Shown piece after piece: positions 17,776 to 27,002 of a stretch of 64,000 nucleotides of DNA. The stretch's first letter is position 1, and every line of letters starts with the position of its first letter. The notes below the pieces were generated by a model. The model was not told the DNA's origin, ran no database searches, and saw only the letters and a program-made list of their open reading frames with translations. The stretch covers positions 256,001 through 320,000 of the forward strand of contig CP066684.1 of the NCBI GenBank assembly GCA_016432325.1, given 5' to 3'. This stretch comes from Candidatus Aenigmatarchaeota archaeon. Lineage in GTDB: Archaea; Aenigmatarchaeota; Aenigmatarchaeia; PWEA01; JACQIF01. The position numbers and the translations under genes were made by a program.

Positions 17776-18978
17776 ATGCCAGTGGACTTCGGTTCTGTCC
17801 GAAAGCTCGAGGACGCCCAAATCAAGCAAGGCCAGCGATGGATATACTCTGCTGATTTCAACATCAAGCACGTCGGGACGACGCTAGAGAGCACAGGCAG
17901 AATAGACACCGAGATAGAGGATTTGAAACGGATAATCATAAACGGCGGACGCGTCGCGATTCTCGCACACAAGGGCCGTCACAAGGATGAAGATACGGAA
18001 GAACTCGATTATGTAGTCCCGTATCTCAGCAAGAAGCTCGGCGTGCAGTCCAAGTATCATTTCTCGAACAACTCCTACATGGCTGCAGACTTCATCGACA
18101 ACCTCAAACCCGGCGAAGTTGCCGTAATGGGCAATACGCGCGTGCACGAAGGAGAGGAAGAGAACAGCGCGTCCCTGGCAGAACAATACTCCCGCCTCGG
18201 CGAGCGCGTTGCCGTCGGAGGCTTCGGAAAGGCGCACAGGGTGAACGCGTCGAACGTCGGAATTCTTGACTATCTGCCCGGTTATGCAACGAGAAGCCAG
18301 CTGCGAGAGATGGAACTGCTGGCGCCGTGGACCGGCCGCTCCAAAGAGTACTCGGTAGCGGTCCTCGGAGGCGTGAAGAAGGAGAAGATAACCATCGGCC
18401 TCAAAGGCTTCGCAGAGACGTATGACGCTGTCATACCAGGAGGCATCGTGCTGAACACGGCGCTGCGCGTGATGGGCTACGACGTGGGAGACTCGGTTCT
18501 CGACGACGGAGGCAAGACGTTCGAGAATAACGTTAAAAAAATACTCGACGGTCCTAACGGCAACAGGGTGCTTCTGCCCGATACTGTCATGGTTGCAGAG
18601 AGAACAGAAAAAGGTTTCGGTCACTCAAGAAAAATCAAGATAAAGGAAGGCGTGCCGAAGGGCAGCGCCATCGTCGATTTCCTGCCGACGCAGAAGATAG
18701 CCGACGCGCTGGACCGTGTCGTAGACGAGCACGGCCGTCTCGTTGTCGCAGGGACGCCGGGCGTGATGATAAACGGCTATACGATAGCCACCAACACGGT
18801 GTTCACGAGATTGACAAAGCCCGGCGTACGGGGACTCGTCCTGGGAGGCGACACGACCGCCGAGATTAAGTACAAAGGCACTACGTCGACAGGAGGCGGC
18901 TCGGCGCTCGCGTTCGTAACGGACGGAACGACAGAGGTTTTCAAGGCTCTGCAGAAGAACAGGCTGGCGTTCGCTTAG
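17776..18978 (+). CDS. pgk: Phosphoglycerate kinase family protein (divergent)
   Basis: DFN, AHKGR, NTR, FGKAHR, LGGVK, GGDT and STGGG motifs. Confidence 0.8.
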   Translation: MPVDFGSVRKLEDAQIKQGQRWIYSADFNIKHVGTTLESTGRIDTEIEDLKRIIINGGRVAILAHKGRHKDEDTEELDYVVPYLSKKLGVQSKYHFSNNSYMAADFIDNLKPGEVAVMGNTRVHEGEEENSASLAEQYSRLGERVAVGGFGKAHRVNASNVGILDYLPGYATRSQLREMELLAPWTGRSKEYSVAVLGGVKKEKITIGLKGFAETYDAVIPGGIVLNTALRVMGYDVGDSVLDDGGKTFENNVKKILDGPNGNRVLLPDTVMVAERTEKGFGHSRKIKIKEGVPKGSAIVDFLPTQKIADALDRVVDEHGRLVVAGTPGVMINGYTIATNTVFTRLTKPGVRGLVLGGDTTAEIKYKGTTSTGGGSALAFVTDGTTEVFKALQKNRLAFA

Positions 18979-19008
18979 GCTTTTATTCCACGTCTTCTCA
19001 TCTACAAC

Positions 19009-19419
19009 ATGCCGAAAGCGATGCCAAAAACGGAGACAGAGTGGAAGAAGAAGCTCGCGCCTGAACAGTACCGCGTTCTCCGACAGTGCGGGACAGAACT
19101 TCCTTTCACGGGCAAGTGGCTCCACAACAAGGAGACGGGCATGTACGTGTGCGGGGCTTGCGGCGCCGAGCTGTTTCCATCGGACACAAAATTCGACTCC
19201 GGAACGGGCTGGCCGAGCTTCTGGGACGCCGCGTCCGCGAAAGCCGTCAAGCTCAAGGAAGACCGCGCGCTGGGGATGACGCGCGTCGAAGTCACGTGCG
19301 CCAAGTGCGGCGGCCATCTGGGACACCTGTTCAACGACGGGCCTCGGCCAACAGGACAAAGGTACTGCATAAACTCTGCTGCGCTGGACTTTAAGAAAGG
19401 AGCACGACGTCACGCGTAG
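19009..19419 (+). CDS. msrB: Peptide-methionine (R)-S-oxide reductase
   Basis: [27 protein letters not shown] and CxxC pairs. Confidence 0.97.
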   Translation: MPKAMPKTETEWKKKLAPEQYRVLRQCGTELPFTGKWLHNKETGMYVCGACGAELFPSDTKFDSGTGWPSFWDAASAKAVKLKEDRALGMTRVEVTCAKCGGHLGHLFNDGPRPTGQRYCINSAALDFKKGARRHA

Positions 19420-19961
19420 AGCGCTACTCCAAGGAACGAACCTATGGCATAGCCGGCCAGAGCCGCAAGCATTCCTATCGAAGCCATCTCTATCCCGCCT
19501 GCGAACGGGTTGCCCATCGTTATCTTGTTCTTGACAAAGCCAGTCGCGAACAAAACAAGCGTCGAGATGACGAGAGCCGCGATGGTAGCTGCGCCTATAT
19601 CGAGCACGATGAACGGTACGAGAGGCACCAGAGAGCCTACAACGGCGGCCGCGCCTATCACAAGAGCGCTGCGCAACGGGTTCTCCCACGCGTCGATGAC
19701 TACTCTATGCACGCGCTTCGGCGCCGTGCTTGCGTAGTACTCCTTGGCCGCCTTGGAGGACGTGTAACCGACGGCCGCCATTGAAATTGATTCGGCGAAA
19801 GTGGCGGCGAGGCCTGCGATGATGACGACGCGCGTGTCGTGCGTCGCGCTTGCGACCGCAAGGATTACGCCCAGAACGTTAACAAGGCCGTCCTGGCCGC
19901 CGAGTATTATGTCGCGGAGGTTTGAGCCCGTGTTTGAATCGACTGTCTTGCGCGTTGGCAT
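19410..19961 (-). CDS. VIT1/CCC1 family transporter
   Basis: [22 protein letters not shown]; multiple TMs. Confidence 0.9.
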   Translation of the reverse strand: MPTRKTVDSNTGSNLRDIILGGQDGLVNVLGVILAVASATHDTRVVIIAGLAATFAESISMAAVGYTSSKAAKEYYASTAPKRVHRVVIDAWENPLRSALVIGAAAVVGSLVPLVPFIVLDIGAATIAALVISTLVLFATGFVKNKITMGNPFAGGIEMASIGMLAALAGYAIGSFLGVALYA

Positions 19962-20055
19962 GAGGTTCTTAGATATGCATGGGATTTAAAGAATGAACGC
20001 GTGTAAAAACCGAAAGGTTTAATAACGAGCCGCGCCCACATACTTCGGTGGTTCC

Positions 20056-20697
20056 ATGGCGAACAGCGTGAATGTATCGATTCTCGGCACTGGCAACGTA
20101 GCGTCGAACCTCGCGAAGGGCCTTTCCAAGAGCGGCTACGCTGTGATGCTCGGTTCCAGAACGCCCGCGGAGGCGAAGAAAAAGATGGGCGCGCTGCCTG
20201 CCGACGTAACGGTCGGAACGCTCAAAGAGGCGGCCAAGTTCGGAGACGTTATTTTTACGGCAATTCCCTTCGCTTCTCTACCCGAGACAATCGAAGCCAT
20301 CGGCCCCGAAAACCTGCGCGGCAAAATAATCGTCGATAACACCAACGTTCTTACGCCTTCGTTCGAGTGGGCCATCGGGTTCTCCACATCAGGCGCCGAA
20401 GAGTTGGCCAAGCTCGTCCCGGGCGCGCGCGTTGTCAAGGCCTTCAACACGGTCTTCGCCGAGCACATGGGTGTTGGAACTCTCGGCAAGGAGAAGCTCA
20501 CGGTTTTCGCCGCTGGCGACGACGAGGCGAGCAAGAACGTCGTGCGCACGTTGGCCGAGTCGATAGGCTTCGAGACTGTCGACGCGGGCCCTCTGAAGTC
20601 GGCGCGATATCTGGAAGCGATGGGAATCCTGAACATAACTCTGGGATACGGCCTGAAGATGGGCTCGAGGATTGGATTGAGACTTGTGAAGGAGTGA
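20056..20697 (+). CDS. NADPH-dependent F420 reductase-like dinucleotide-binding oxidoreductase
   Basis: ILGTGNVA, GSRTP, SGAEEL, VVKAFNT, DAGPLKSARYLE. Confidence 0.85.
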   Translation: MANSVNVSILGTGNVASNLAKGLSKSGYAVMLGSRTPAEAKKKMGALPADVTVGTLKEAAKFGDVIFTAIPFASLPETIEAIGPENLRGKIIVDNTNVLTPSFEWAIGFSTSGAEELAKLVPGARVVKAFNTVFAEHMGVGTLGKEKLTVFAAGDDEASKNVVRTLAESIGFETVDAGPLKSARYLEAMGILNITLGYGLKMGSRIGLRLVKE

Positions 20698-20780
20698 ATA
20701 ACTGAATTCTTAACAATATCTTCCGATCCAGAACCGCGCGTTTTATATAGTTGCCAAACCAATTCAATAATGTGAACCCC

Positions 20781-20987
20781 ATGAGGCAAGTCATAATCTA
20801 CAAAGGAGAAGACAATTATTGGGTGGCCGAATGCCCGTCCCTTCCGGGATGCATTTCTCAAGGCAAAACGAGAGAGGAGGCCGTCGCAAACATAAAAGAA
20901 GCCATAGAAGGTTACATCGAAACTCTGAAGCAGGATAAGCTTCCTGTTCCAAAAGAGCACTACGACACTATGATGGTTGCCGTATGA
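20781..20987 (+). CDS. hicB: HicB-family antitoxin
   Basis: VAECPSLPGCISQGKTREEAVANIKEAI. Confidence 0.9.
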   Translation: MRQVIIYKGEDNYWVAECPSLPGCISQGKTREEAVANIKEAIEGYIETLKQDKLPVPKEHYDTMMVAV

Positions 20988-21202
20988 AACTTCCCGTTGT
21001 TTCTGGAAGGGAGACGGTCAAGGCTTTGGCCAAAGTCGGGTTCTCACTCAGGCACAGAAAAGGCAGTCATATGATCCTGAGGCGCGACAACCCGTTTACA
21101 CAACTGACCGTGCCAGACCATAAAGAGCTGGACAGAGGAACGTTAAGGGCTATCATCAGGCAGGCCGGGTTGACTGTGGAACAGTTCACAGACCTTTTGT
21201 AA
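20984..21202 (+). CDS. hicA: HicA-family toxin
   Basis: GF...RKGSHMIL...TVPDHKELDRGTLRAIIRQAGL. Confidence 0.9.
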   Translation: MKLPVVSGRETVKALAKVGFSLRHRKGSHMILRRDNPFTQLTVPDHKELDRGTLRAIIRQAGLTVEQFTDLL

Positions 21203-21304
21203 TTTCCGGTGTGGAATCTTATCCGCGGCCTATAAATGAAAACGAGTGTTTGCTCAATCTCATATGTGAAGTAGATGTCAGTAGTTAACCATATCAAAGA
21301 GGAC

Positions 21305-21318
21305 TGGTGCGATGGCCG
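21305..21318 (-). repeat. att site (duplicated tRNA-Gly 3' end CGGCCATCGCACCA)
   Basis: Exact 14-bp match to 34316-34329. Confidence 0.85.
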
Positions 21319-21408
21319 CTTCCCACCCCCAGAGTGCGGTGCGTCGTTAGGATAACTTTTACCGGCGTTCGTCTGTTGGGAGGGCTTGTATTTATAGATT
21401 TTTAGGGC

Positions 21409-22233
21409 TCACCCGAATTGATTTTTCCAGTCTTCCAATATCTGTTTTAACCTTTTGACTTCCCTTTCTGGAAGGGGATTATGATGATCTACTATGTTTC
21501 TAGATAGTTTCACCGCTTTCTCAAATGTAACAGGCCATAGTTCCAAATCGAGAAGATTCTTAAAAACTTCGTGCTCTTTGCGCATTATGTAGACCAAATC
21601 CTCCAAGTCAGTATAGAACAATTCGTGTGACCCGCGTGGGGCGTGCCATTTGTTAATCCCTTCCAATGCCTTTCTGGATTTAACCTCGTTGAGCAAACTA
21701 CTTCTGATTCCTGCTTTGTGCCACCAGTCGGCACCGTATTTTTGTGATAGGGTATTATGAATAAAATGTCGCAGAGAATTTTCGAGTAAGTAGAGAATAA
21801 CATACGGTTCTGCCATTCTTTGTGCATCTTCTTCCACCGCATCATCGATAAAGGGAATCGAGGAGGGCATTCTGAATCGAGGTTTTATTCTTCTCGGTAT
21901 GTCTCTAGGGTCTTGATCATCTTCTCTAAGGTCTACATGTAGCCATTGATCTAGAACACCGAGAAGCTTGAGCTGCGGTACCTTTTCATAGATTTCTGAG
22001 CGATCATTGGTGCCGATTTGTCTAATCAGGCCATATCCATGATCGTTGAACCTATTGATGGCCTTGCTCATTGTAGGTTGTGGTATAGAAAGTCTCGTGG
22101 AAAGCTCCTTTACGGATTCCTTTTTGCTGATGTTCTTTAGGATTCTTAGTCTAATTGGAGAATTCCCCACAGCCTCTTGAAACTTTTTTATCAAGTCTCT
22201 TTTTTCCCGGGTCAACACCTTCAAGACAATCAC
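21409..22233 (-). CDS. wHTH + Swt1-like HEPN domain protein (putative RNase effector)
   Basis: N-terminal HTH; YVILYLLENSLRHFI...YGADWW, YTDLEDL and RNIVDH (RxxxxH). Confidence 0.8.
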   Translation of the reverse strand: MIVLKVLTREKRDLIKKFQEAVGNSPIRLRILKNISKKESVKELSTRLSIPQPTMSKAINRFNDHGYGLIRQIGTNDRSEIYEKVPQLKLLGVLDQWLHVDLREDDQDPRDIPRRIKPRFRMPSSIPFIDDAVEEDAQRMAEPYVILYLLENSLRHFIHNTLSQKYGADWWHKAGIRSSLLNEVKSRKALEGINKWHAPRGSHELFYTDLEDLVYIMRKEHEVFKNLLDLELWPVTFEKAVKLSRNIVDHHNPLPEREVKRLKQILEDWKNQFG

Positions 22234-22442
22234 TGCCGCTTTATCTTTCTTGAAGTTCTCTGGCGTCTTATTGAGCTGGCGGACTTTCCTAATAGGCTCC
22301 CGATTTCCTCCGACGTGAGACCATTTGCAGTCATTATCTTAATCTGCGTCCTCTCATCTTTCCCCTGAGCCGCCACAACTGCTAATAGCCTATCAAGCTT
22401 GCGATTCGTTTCCCTCAAAAGCTCCGATGCTCTATCACTCAT
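22230..22442 (-). CDS. Small coiled-coil + HTH protein
   Basis: LRETNRKLDRLL; GLTSEEIGSLLGKSASSIR. Confidence 0.7.
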   Translation of the reverse strand: MSDRASELLRETNRKLDRLLAVVAAQGKDERTQIKIMTANGLTSEEIGSLLGKSASSIRRQRTSRKIKRQ

Positions 22443-22680
22443 TGTTGTCGCCCCCTTTGCCCTTTACGTGTTTTTTGGCCCTTCTTGCCCGCGAGAGGAT
22501 GGTACTGACGCTCTCTGGAGTAGTGCCAACAACGCTGGCGATTTCTGACGGCCGCAGATTACATTGATCGAGGAGGGTTATCCTGTCCGTCATGGTCAAA
22601 CCACGAGTACTCGACAACGCTATTATACGCATAAGTTTATCCAACCTAACCGTAAGCTCTTTGAATTGTCTGTCGTCCAA
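22435..22680 (-). CDS. Small coiled-coil + HTH protein
   Basis: LTVRLDKLMR; LRPSEIASVVGTTPESVSTILSR. Confidence 0.7.
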   Translation of the reverse strand: MDDRQFKELTVRLDKLMRIIALSSTRGLTMTDRITLLDQCNLRPSEIASVVGTTPESVSTILSRARRAKKHVKGKGGDNNE

Positions 22681-22684
22681 GATA

Positions 22685-23002
22685 TCACCTTGCCCTAACG
22701 TAATATTTTTCCTTGCCCCCTCCCCGAGCTTCTCTGATTAAACCCGCATTCTGTAGAAGGGCAACATTCTGACTTATCTGTTGGATCGATTTGCTCGTCT
22801 CTGCCGCTATCTGACCTACCGATCGTTTGCCGTTACATAGCTCATAAATCTTTTTACGCAGCGTTGATTTACCCAACATCCGTTGCTTCGATGCTTCCAA
22901 AACCTCAGCATTGACAACGGTGGAGAGCTCGACTAGTTCTTGTAACCTATCTTGGATTTTATACAGGGCAAGGAGTATTTCAGCTTCGTTATCCTTAACC
23001 AT
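22685..23002 (-). CDS. Coiled-coil + ArsR-like wHTH protein
   Basis: IYELCNGKRSVGQIA...SIQQISQNVALLQNAGLI. Confidence 0.75.
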   Translation of the reverse strand: MVKDNEAEILLALYKIQDRLQELVELSTVVNAEVLEASKQRMLGKSTLRKKIYELCNGKRSVGQIAAETSKSIQQISQNVALLQNAGLIREARGGGKEKYYVRAR

Positions 23003-23051
23003 ATCAATCGTTTCATTAAACGAGAGTTAACCTTAAATACACGACGTTACC

Positions 23052-23068
23052 ATATAACACTGTTATAT
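23052..23068. repeat. Palindromic site A (ATATAACACTGTTATAT)
   Basis: One of four copies; at a cargo/core junction; contains the stop codon of 23063..23788. Confidence 0.8.
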
Positions 23069-23788
23069 TTCCTTGCCTGTCACAAACGGCGCCCTCCCGA
23101 GAAGCGCCTGCGCGAACTCCGCCTCCGTTATGACCGCCGGCTTGAGCAACTTGATCCCCGTCAGCAGCTCCTTCGGCGCGTCCAGCTGGCCGCAGATGCC
23201 GATGGCGCGGGCTTCCACGCCGTCCGCCGCCGAGAGTTTCTTGAGAATCTTTTCATCGGTGCCGAGGGAAAGCACCAGCACGAAATATTTTGTAAGCGCG
23301 TCTAGTATCGAAAGCTTGTCCGTATGAACGAAGCCATAACTCGGAACGGAGAAGGCCGCTGTTAGCAGTCTCTCCTGGACCTCCTTCGAATAGAAGAATC
23401 GTTCGAGTAGTTCATAATCCTTCGTAGTCGGCAGGCGTCCGCCGGCCTCCTTGACGCGCTTCCTCGCGTCCGCGGCCGCGTCATCCCAATATTCCCACAG
23501 CGGCTTCAGCGTCGATTGGTAGAAGACCATTCGCCCGTAGCGGCCGTTGGCCGCCCGCTCGTACTTCTTGATGCCGCGGACGCGCTTCAGGTATTCGTCC
23601 CTCGAAACGTCAGCCTTCGCTACGTAGCCGCGGCTGCGCAGCCACTTCAGCTCGGCGATGAGATACTTCTTCGACGTCCGAACCGTCGCCTGAAGGGTCT
23701 TCAGGCTCTGAGGCGCGATGAGCGTCATCAGATAGACGCTGAGCGTGAGAGTCTTTGCCAGCTTCGCGTAGGGCCGTGTGCGCTTCAT
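23063..23788 (-). CDS. Element protein, probable N-terminal wHTH
   Basis: PQSLKTLQ...SKKYLIAELKWLRSRGYV. Confidence 0.55.
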   Translation of the reverse strand: MKRTRPYAKLAKTLTLSVYLMTLIAPQSLKTLQATVRTSKKYLIAELKWLRSRGYVAKADVSRDEYLKRVRGIKKYERAANGRYGRMVFYQSTLKPLWEYWDDAAADARKRVKEAGGRLPTTKDYELLERFFYSKEVQERLLTAAFSVPSYGFVHTDKLSILDALTKYFVLVLSLGTDEKILKKLSAADGVEARAIGICGQLDAPKELLTGIKLLKPAVITEAEFAQALLGRAPFVTGKEI

Positions 23789-23914
23789 AATACAACGTTC
23801 ACGCGCCCGGTTAAATAGGCACGTGCCCTAAGGTTTCCTAAAAGCAACTTCTGACGCCCGACGAGGAACCTTAAGCGGGTGATAACTATATACCACCGCC
23901 GGTAGTAAACTGTC

Positions 23915-24193
23915 ATGGCAAACAGAACCCGCGCGACGTTCACACTCGGTGTAAAGACCGTCGCGCGCTTGCGCGAAGCGTCCGCGATTGCCGGCCTGCC
24001 GATGTCGCAGTTGTGCGAGCAGGCCATTCTTGAAAAGGCGCGGAGCCTTCTGAAAAACGGCAATGGCCAGAAGCAGTGCAACGGTTCTTCATCCCCGATA
24101 GTCTGCCTCATAGTCGCCATTCTGAAAAAGTTCCTGGGAATCCCAGAGCAGAACGGTAACAAGAACGGAGCTGGTAACGGTGCCAATAATTAG
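23915..24193 (+). CDS. Ribbon-helix-helix/CopG-like protein with NG-rich tail
   Basis: RATFTL...LREAS...PMSQLCEQAILE. Confidence 0.6.
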   Translation: MANRTRATFTLGVKTVARLREASAIAGLPMSQLCEQAILEKARSLLKNGNGQKQCNGSSSPIVCLIVAILKKFLGIPEQNGNKNGAGNGANN

Positions 24194-24309
24194 GTTTGAG
24201 TCTCTGGAGGAGTTCTTCGCCTACATCGAGGAGCAGGGACGCAAGCGCGGCGTGGTGCTGATGAAAGAGCCGCCTGCGGCACCGGCGCCCAAGAAGGAGG
24301 TCGAACGCC

Positions 24310-24594
24310 GTGGACGCTGACGAGATGCTTCCGAGCGTCAAGGGTTGGCGGTCGGCGGGTCTGAGCCAGATGGACATCGTGATAATGGTGCTCCGGCGGA
24401 ACATGCCCGGCGTTTCGCAGAGGCTGTTGGCCGAAATACTGGACATAAAACAGCCGGCGATAGCGCGGCGAGTCAGGACGCTCGAGAGATTCGGCTTCCT
24501 GAAGGAACGAAAAGAGGTGGTTGAGTATGAAGGCAAGATACGAGAGCAAGAGATTCCTGTGCGGCGACAAGCGGTCGCTGAGATTGGAGCTTGA
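24310..24594 (+). CDS. wHTH DNA-binding protein
   Basis: PGVSQRLLAEILDIKQPAIARRVRTLERFGFL; GGAGGT RBS. Confidence 0.75.
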   Translation: MDADEMLPSVKGWRSAGLSQMDIVIMVLRRNMPGVSQRLLAEILDIKQPAIARRVRTLERFGFLKERKEVVEYEGKIREQEIPVRRQAVAEIGA

Positions 24595-24865
24595 AGGCGG
24601 GGACTTGGCGTTGTTGTCCAAAGGCCCGCTCGCGGCGACTGCGCACTACAAAGGCGAGGCGCGGCCTGTTGAGCTGCGCATCGGCGAACATAAAGAGGAG
24701 CTGCGTTTGGATTCGCAGAGAGGAACGATGGACGACGCGAAGAATTACGTCGTGACGATGAGCCGCGGCGCGTACGAGTCGCTAGGGCCCGGAATGTTCG
24801 CCGGTGTCAGCGGACGGGACTACTGCGGAGGGGAGATACATGTGTCGACCGAAGAAAAAGATTAG
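24527..24865 (+). CDS. Hypothetical element protein
   Basis: ORF in the element core operon; GAGGTGG RBS. Confidence 0.5.
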   Translation: MKARYESKRFLCGDKRSLRLELEGGDLALLSKGPLAATAHYKGEARPVELRIGEHKEELRLDSQRGTMDDAKNYVVTMSRGAYESLGPGMFAGVSGRDYCGGEIHVSTEEKD

Positions 24866-25013
24866 GATCGTCAGCTCGCGGCTCACGACCGATATGAACG
24901 GCTTCCTGAGACGCGAGTGCTGCCGCCTGCGCGTCACAAGAAGCGAGTTCATACGCGTGTTCCTGTGGAAGGAATTGGCGCAACGCCTCAAGGCGATGGA
25001 GGCGTCGTTATGA
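24840..25013 (+). CDS. Ribbon-helix-helix-like protein
   Basis: IVSSRL...L...VTRSEFIRVFLWKEL. Confidence 0.55.
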   Translation: MCRPKKKIRIVSSRLTTDMNGFLRRECCRLRVTRSEFIRVFLWKELAQRLKAMEASL

Positions 25014-25228
25014 CACAGCTCATAAGCTATCGCGGCCTGATGAGGCTCTACGAACTGTGGCGCGGCGGCTCGTCCATGCCTCCGGGATGGCGCGAGTCGG
25101 TTCGCCGTTACGTCGTTCATAAGCGCTGCCGCGTCCTGATTGACAGCGACGGCGTATCGCAGCTCGCCCAGGCGGAGCAGATGGCCAAGATGATGTTCGG
25201 TGGTGCGGATGCGCAAATGCCTGTTTGA
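25010..25228 (+). CDS. Small hypothetical element protein
   Basis: ATG overlaps the upstream TGA; GGAGG RBS. Confidence 0.45.
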   Translation: MTQLISYRGLMRLYELWRGGSSMPPGWRESVRRYVVHKRCRVLIDSDGVSQLAQAEQMAKMMFGGADAQMPV

Positions 25229-26492
25229 AGGATGCACGGCGGAGGTGGAGGATTCATACCCTCTCGATTTCTGCGCGGCGCACAGGGAGGCGCCGGATGA
25301 AAGAATTACGGCACCGATGTCTCTTGATGAACTCAAAGAAATCCTCGGCGTCACAATCAAAGCCGACGACACGAACAAGGTTATAACGTTTCTCGCTATG
25401 CTGACTGCGTTCACCGAGGACGCGCAGATTAATGTTTCGTTCCGCGCGCCATCGAGCACCGGCAAGTCTTACATACCTTTAGAAATCGCTTCTCTCTTCC
25501 CCAAAGACGACATAATAGAAATCGCCTATGCTAGCCCGACAGCCTTCTTCCACGACCGCGGCGAGTGGGACGCGGAGACGGGATGCCTCAAAATAAACCT
25601 TGAGAGAAAGATAATGATTTTCGTGGACATGCCGCACGATTCGCTGCTTCACCGATTGCGTCCGCTTCTTTCGCACGACCGCAAGGAATTAATCTTCAAA
25701 ATCACAGACAGGAGCGACAAGAAAGGATTGAGAACGAAGAACGTCATACTGCGCGGCTACCCTTCGGTTGTCTTCTGTACGGCCTCTTTGAAAATGGATG
25801 AACAAGAATCCACGCGCAACGTTCTGTTGAGCCCCGAAACGAACCAAGAAAAGCTGCGAGAGTCCGTTCTGCTCAAGATCCGCAAGAACGCCGATGTGAA
25901 GACATACCAAGACTGGCTGATGAGCGATTCGCGGCGCGAAATCCTGAAGGCGCGCGTCGAGCAGATTAGGAACGCGAAGATAGACAACGTCATAATCCCG
26001 GACACGGCGCGCATCCAAGAACGTTTCCTCAACCGCAAGCTGAAGCCGCGCGACATGAGGGACGTGGGGCGGCTGATGTCCATCGTAAAGGCAGTCGCCC
26101 TGCTTAACTTTTCCCACAGGGAACGGCGCGGCAACGACCTTGTCTGCAGCGCGGACGACATAAACACTGGCTTCGCCGTCTGGGGCGACATAGAGCGGTC
26201 GCAAGACTTGGGAGTGCCGCCGTACATTCTGCGGGTTTTTGACGAGGTTATAATGCCGCTGGCCGGGAACGGGGGAATCCAGCGCAAGCGGATAGTCAGC
26301 AAGCACTACGAGGTCTATGGCAAGCCTCTGCCCGACTGGCTGCTGAGACAGCAGATATTGCCATCGCTGGAGGCTGCCGGACTCGTCTATCAGGAGGTCG
26401 ATCCCGAGGATCGGCGCCAGCTCCTCATCCAAGTTTCACCCGCACCCGCTACTCACGGTATCTCTGGGTCGCTGGAAAATACCGTGAGTTAA
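25209..26492 (+). CDS. P-loop ATPase/replicative helicase-like protein with N-terminal Zn finger and C-terminal wHTH
   Basis: CLFEGC...CAAH; Walker A APSSTGKS; Walker B-like MIFVD; PRDMRD. Confidence 0.75.
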   Translation: MRKCLFEGCTAEVEDSYPLDFCAAHREAPDERITAPMSLDELKEILGVTIKADDTNKVITFLAMLTAFTEDAQINVSFRAPSSTGKSYIPLEIASLFPKDDIIEIAYASPTAFFHDRGEWDAETGCLKINLERKIMIFVDMPHDSLLHRLRPLLSHDRKELIFKITDRSDKKGLRTKNVILRGYPSVVFCTASLKMDEQESTRNVLLSPETNQEKLRESVLLKIRKNADVKTYQDWLMSDSRREILKARVEQIRNAKIDNVIIPDTARIQERFLNRKLKPRDMRDVGRLMSIVKAVALLNFSHRERRGNDLVCSADDINTGFAVWGDIERSQDLGVPPYILRVFDEVIMPLAGNGGIQRKRIVSKHYEVYGKPLPDWLLRQQILPSLEAAGLVYQEVDPEDRRQLLIQVSPAPATHGISGSLENTVS

Positions 26493-26505
26493 GACTGGGG
26501 GTAAG

Positions 26506-26520
26506 TATAACAGTGTTATA
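26506..26520. repeat. Palindromic site B (TATAACAGTGTTATA)
   Basis: Between convergent genes at a core/cargo junction. Confidence 0.8.
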
Positions 26521-26521
26521 T

Positions 26522-26950
26522 TTAAACAACAAATGTTGTTTGAAAATGGGTTAGCGTATCCTTTAGAGGCAGCCCACTTCCTATACAAATTTGGACTTTC
26601 ATCGCACCGTCCTTAAATTGGGTGTCGTATAGACTGCCCACATTGGATGGCTGATGATGCCAGTTCTTGTCTTTCCATATTATATCGGTACCAGCAGGCG
26701 AGACCACGACACCATAAACATCGATAGTATCCCCATCTTTCGTATCTTGCCTAGCTTGCAGGAAGACGTTACCGCTAACTTGCGGTGCGATATCGAAAAA
26801 AAGTTGGTTTCCCACCAAGCGCATGTAACCGTATGTAAGATGTGATTCTTCCTGAGTCCCCAATCTCAGAACAAAGGTCATATTAGATTTAGACCCTTCC
26901 GTAATCCGAAGATGGGATTCTTGGTTCTCGTAAAACTTCAGTTTCTTCAT
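26522..26950 (-). CDS. Hypothetical cargo protein
   Basis: Beta-rich ORF; start uncertain. Confidence 0.5.
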   Translation of the reverse strand: MKKLKFYENQESHLRITEGSKSNMTFVLRLGTQEESHLTYGYMRLVGNQLFFDIAPQVSGNVFLQARQDTKDGDTIDVYGVVVSPAGTDIIWKDKNWHHQPSNVGSLYDTQFKDGAMKVQICIGSGLPLKDTLTHFQTTFVV

Positions 26951-27002
26951 ATCTCGGGAAAGGTTGAACTGACTTTTATAGTGCATAGCACTCATTAAGG
27001 TC

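Noticed and set aside
20781-21202. hicBA as part of the integrated element
   Set aside because: It lies outside the att repeat at 21305; it may be an older acquisition, but I found no boundary.
21319-21331. 13-bp match CTTCCCACCCCCA shared with 6386-6398
   Set aside because: Low complexity with no shared context; probably chance.
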